Assembly: GCA_030390025.1 (NCBI GenBank)
Contig: CM059431.1
Location: 159,094,001-159,158,000, forward strand
DNA length: 64,000 nt
DNA from: Squalus acanthias
Lineage: Eukaryota
Direction of reading: 5' to 3'
How positions within the stretch are numbered: position 1 is the stretch's first letter; every line of letters begins with the position of its first letter. Below, in pieces: positions 63,245 through 64,000 of the stretch. Under the pieces are notes generated by a model. That model was not told the origin of the DNA. It ran no database searches and saw only the letters and a list, made by a program, of their open reading frames with translations. The position numbers and the translations under genes are program-made.

Positions 63245-64000
63245 ATAACGGGTGGGGCAGACAGTGGTTGAAGGGGCGGGTGGGTGGGGTGCTTGTGTTG
63301 ACGTGCGCTCCTTGCGCTGTTTGTGCTTGGCTTCCACTTGCTCCCGGCGAAGTGACTCGAGGTGTTCGGCGCATTCCCGGATGCTTCTCCTCCACTTTGT
63401 GCGGTCTTGGGCCAGGGATTCCCAGGTGTCGGTGTGGATGTTGCACTTTTTCAAGGAGGCATTGAGGGTGACCTTGAAGCGTTTCCTCTGCCCACCTGGG
63501 GCTCTCTTGCCGTGTCCGAGCTCCGAGTCCAACGCTTCTTTTGGGAGTCTCGTATCAAGCATACGGACGATGAGACCCATCCATCGGAGCTGATCGAGCT
63601 TGGTCTAAGCTTCGATGCTGGGGATGCTGGCCTGAGCGAGAGCACTGACGTTGGTGCACCTATCCTGCCAATGGATTTGCAGGATCTTGTAAGGTAGCGT
63701 TGGTGGTACCGCTCCAGTGCTTTGAGGGGCCTGCTGTACATAGTACATGTCTCTGAGCCATACAGGAGGGCGGGTATTACTACTGCTCTGTAGACCATGA
63801 GCTTGCTGACGCAGTTTGAGGTTCTGGTCTTCAACACTCTCTTCCTCCTGCCCTGGCACACTGAAGGCTGCGTTGGACTTCATCATCAACGTCTCCCCTT
63901 GTTGACAGTAGGCTCCCGAGGTCTGGAAAGTGTTTCACGTTGTCCAAGGCGTTGTCGTGGATTGTGATAATCGGGGGGCAGTACTGTGTGGCGGGGGCAG
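63245..64000 (-). mobile_element. RTE (BovB-like) LINE fragment, runs off the window
   Basis: KLMVYRAVVIPALLYGSET; RMLDTRLPKEALDSELGHGKRAPGGQRKRFK. Confidence 0.88.

Overview
This is vertebrate genomic DNA, almost certainly from a cartilaginous fish (shark). That is inferred from the HE1-type V-SINE, a DeuSINE and the dominance of CR1/HER1-type, L2, RTE and Penelope retroelements. Most of the window is decayed, nested transposons. One host gene can be assembled by eye on the minus strand: an 8-coding-exon NLR innate-immune receptor (N-terminal death-fold-like region, NACHT, short LRR; about 857 aa, 44886 to 16047). All its introns are GT-AG and phase-consistent, but a single 1-nt deletion in coding exon 3 creates a TGATG stop/start overlap. 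The 5' part of the gene (27-bp minisatellite, an exon-like tail, an intron block and the ATG exon) is tandemly duplicated at about 35.4-44.9 kb and 49.0-58.5 kb. This gives two splice-compatible first coding exons. The most striking non-coding structure is a set of short Penelope-derived insertions that are near-perfect palindromes (arms up to 214 bp), flanked by 11-14 bp target-site duplications and carrying minimal hammerhead-ribozyme motifs. All calls were made by manual reading; repeat boundaries are approximate and family names were not checked against a database.
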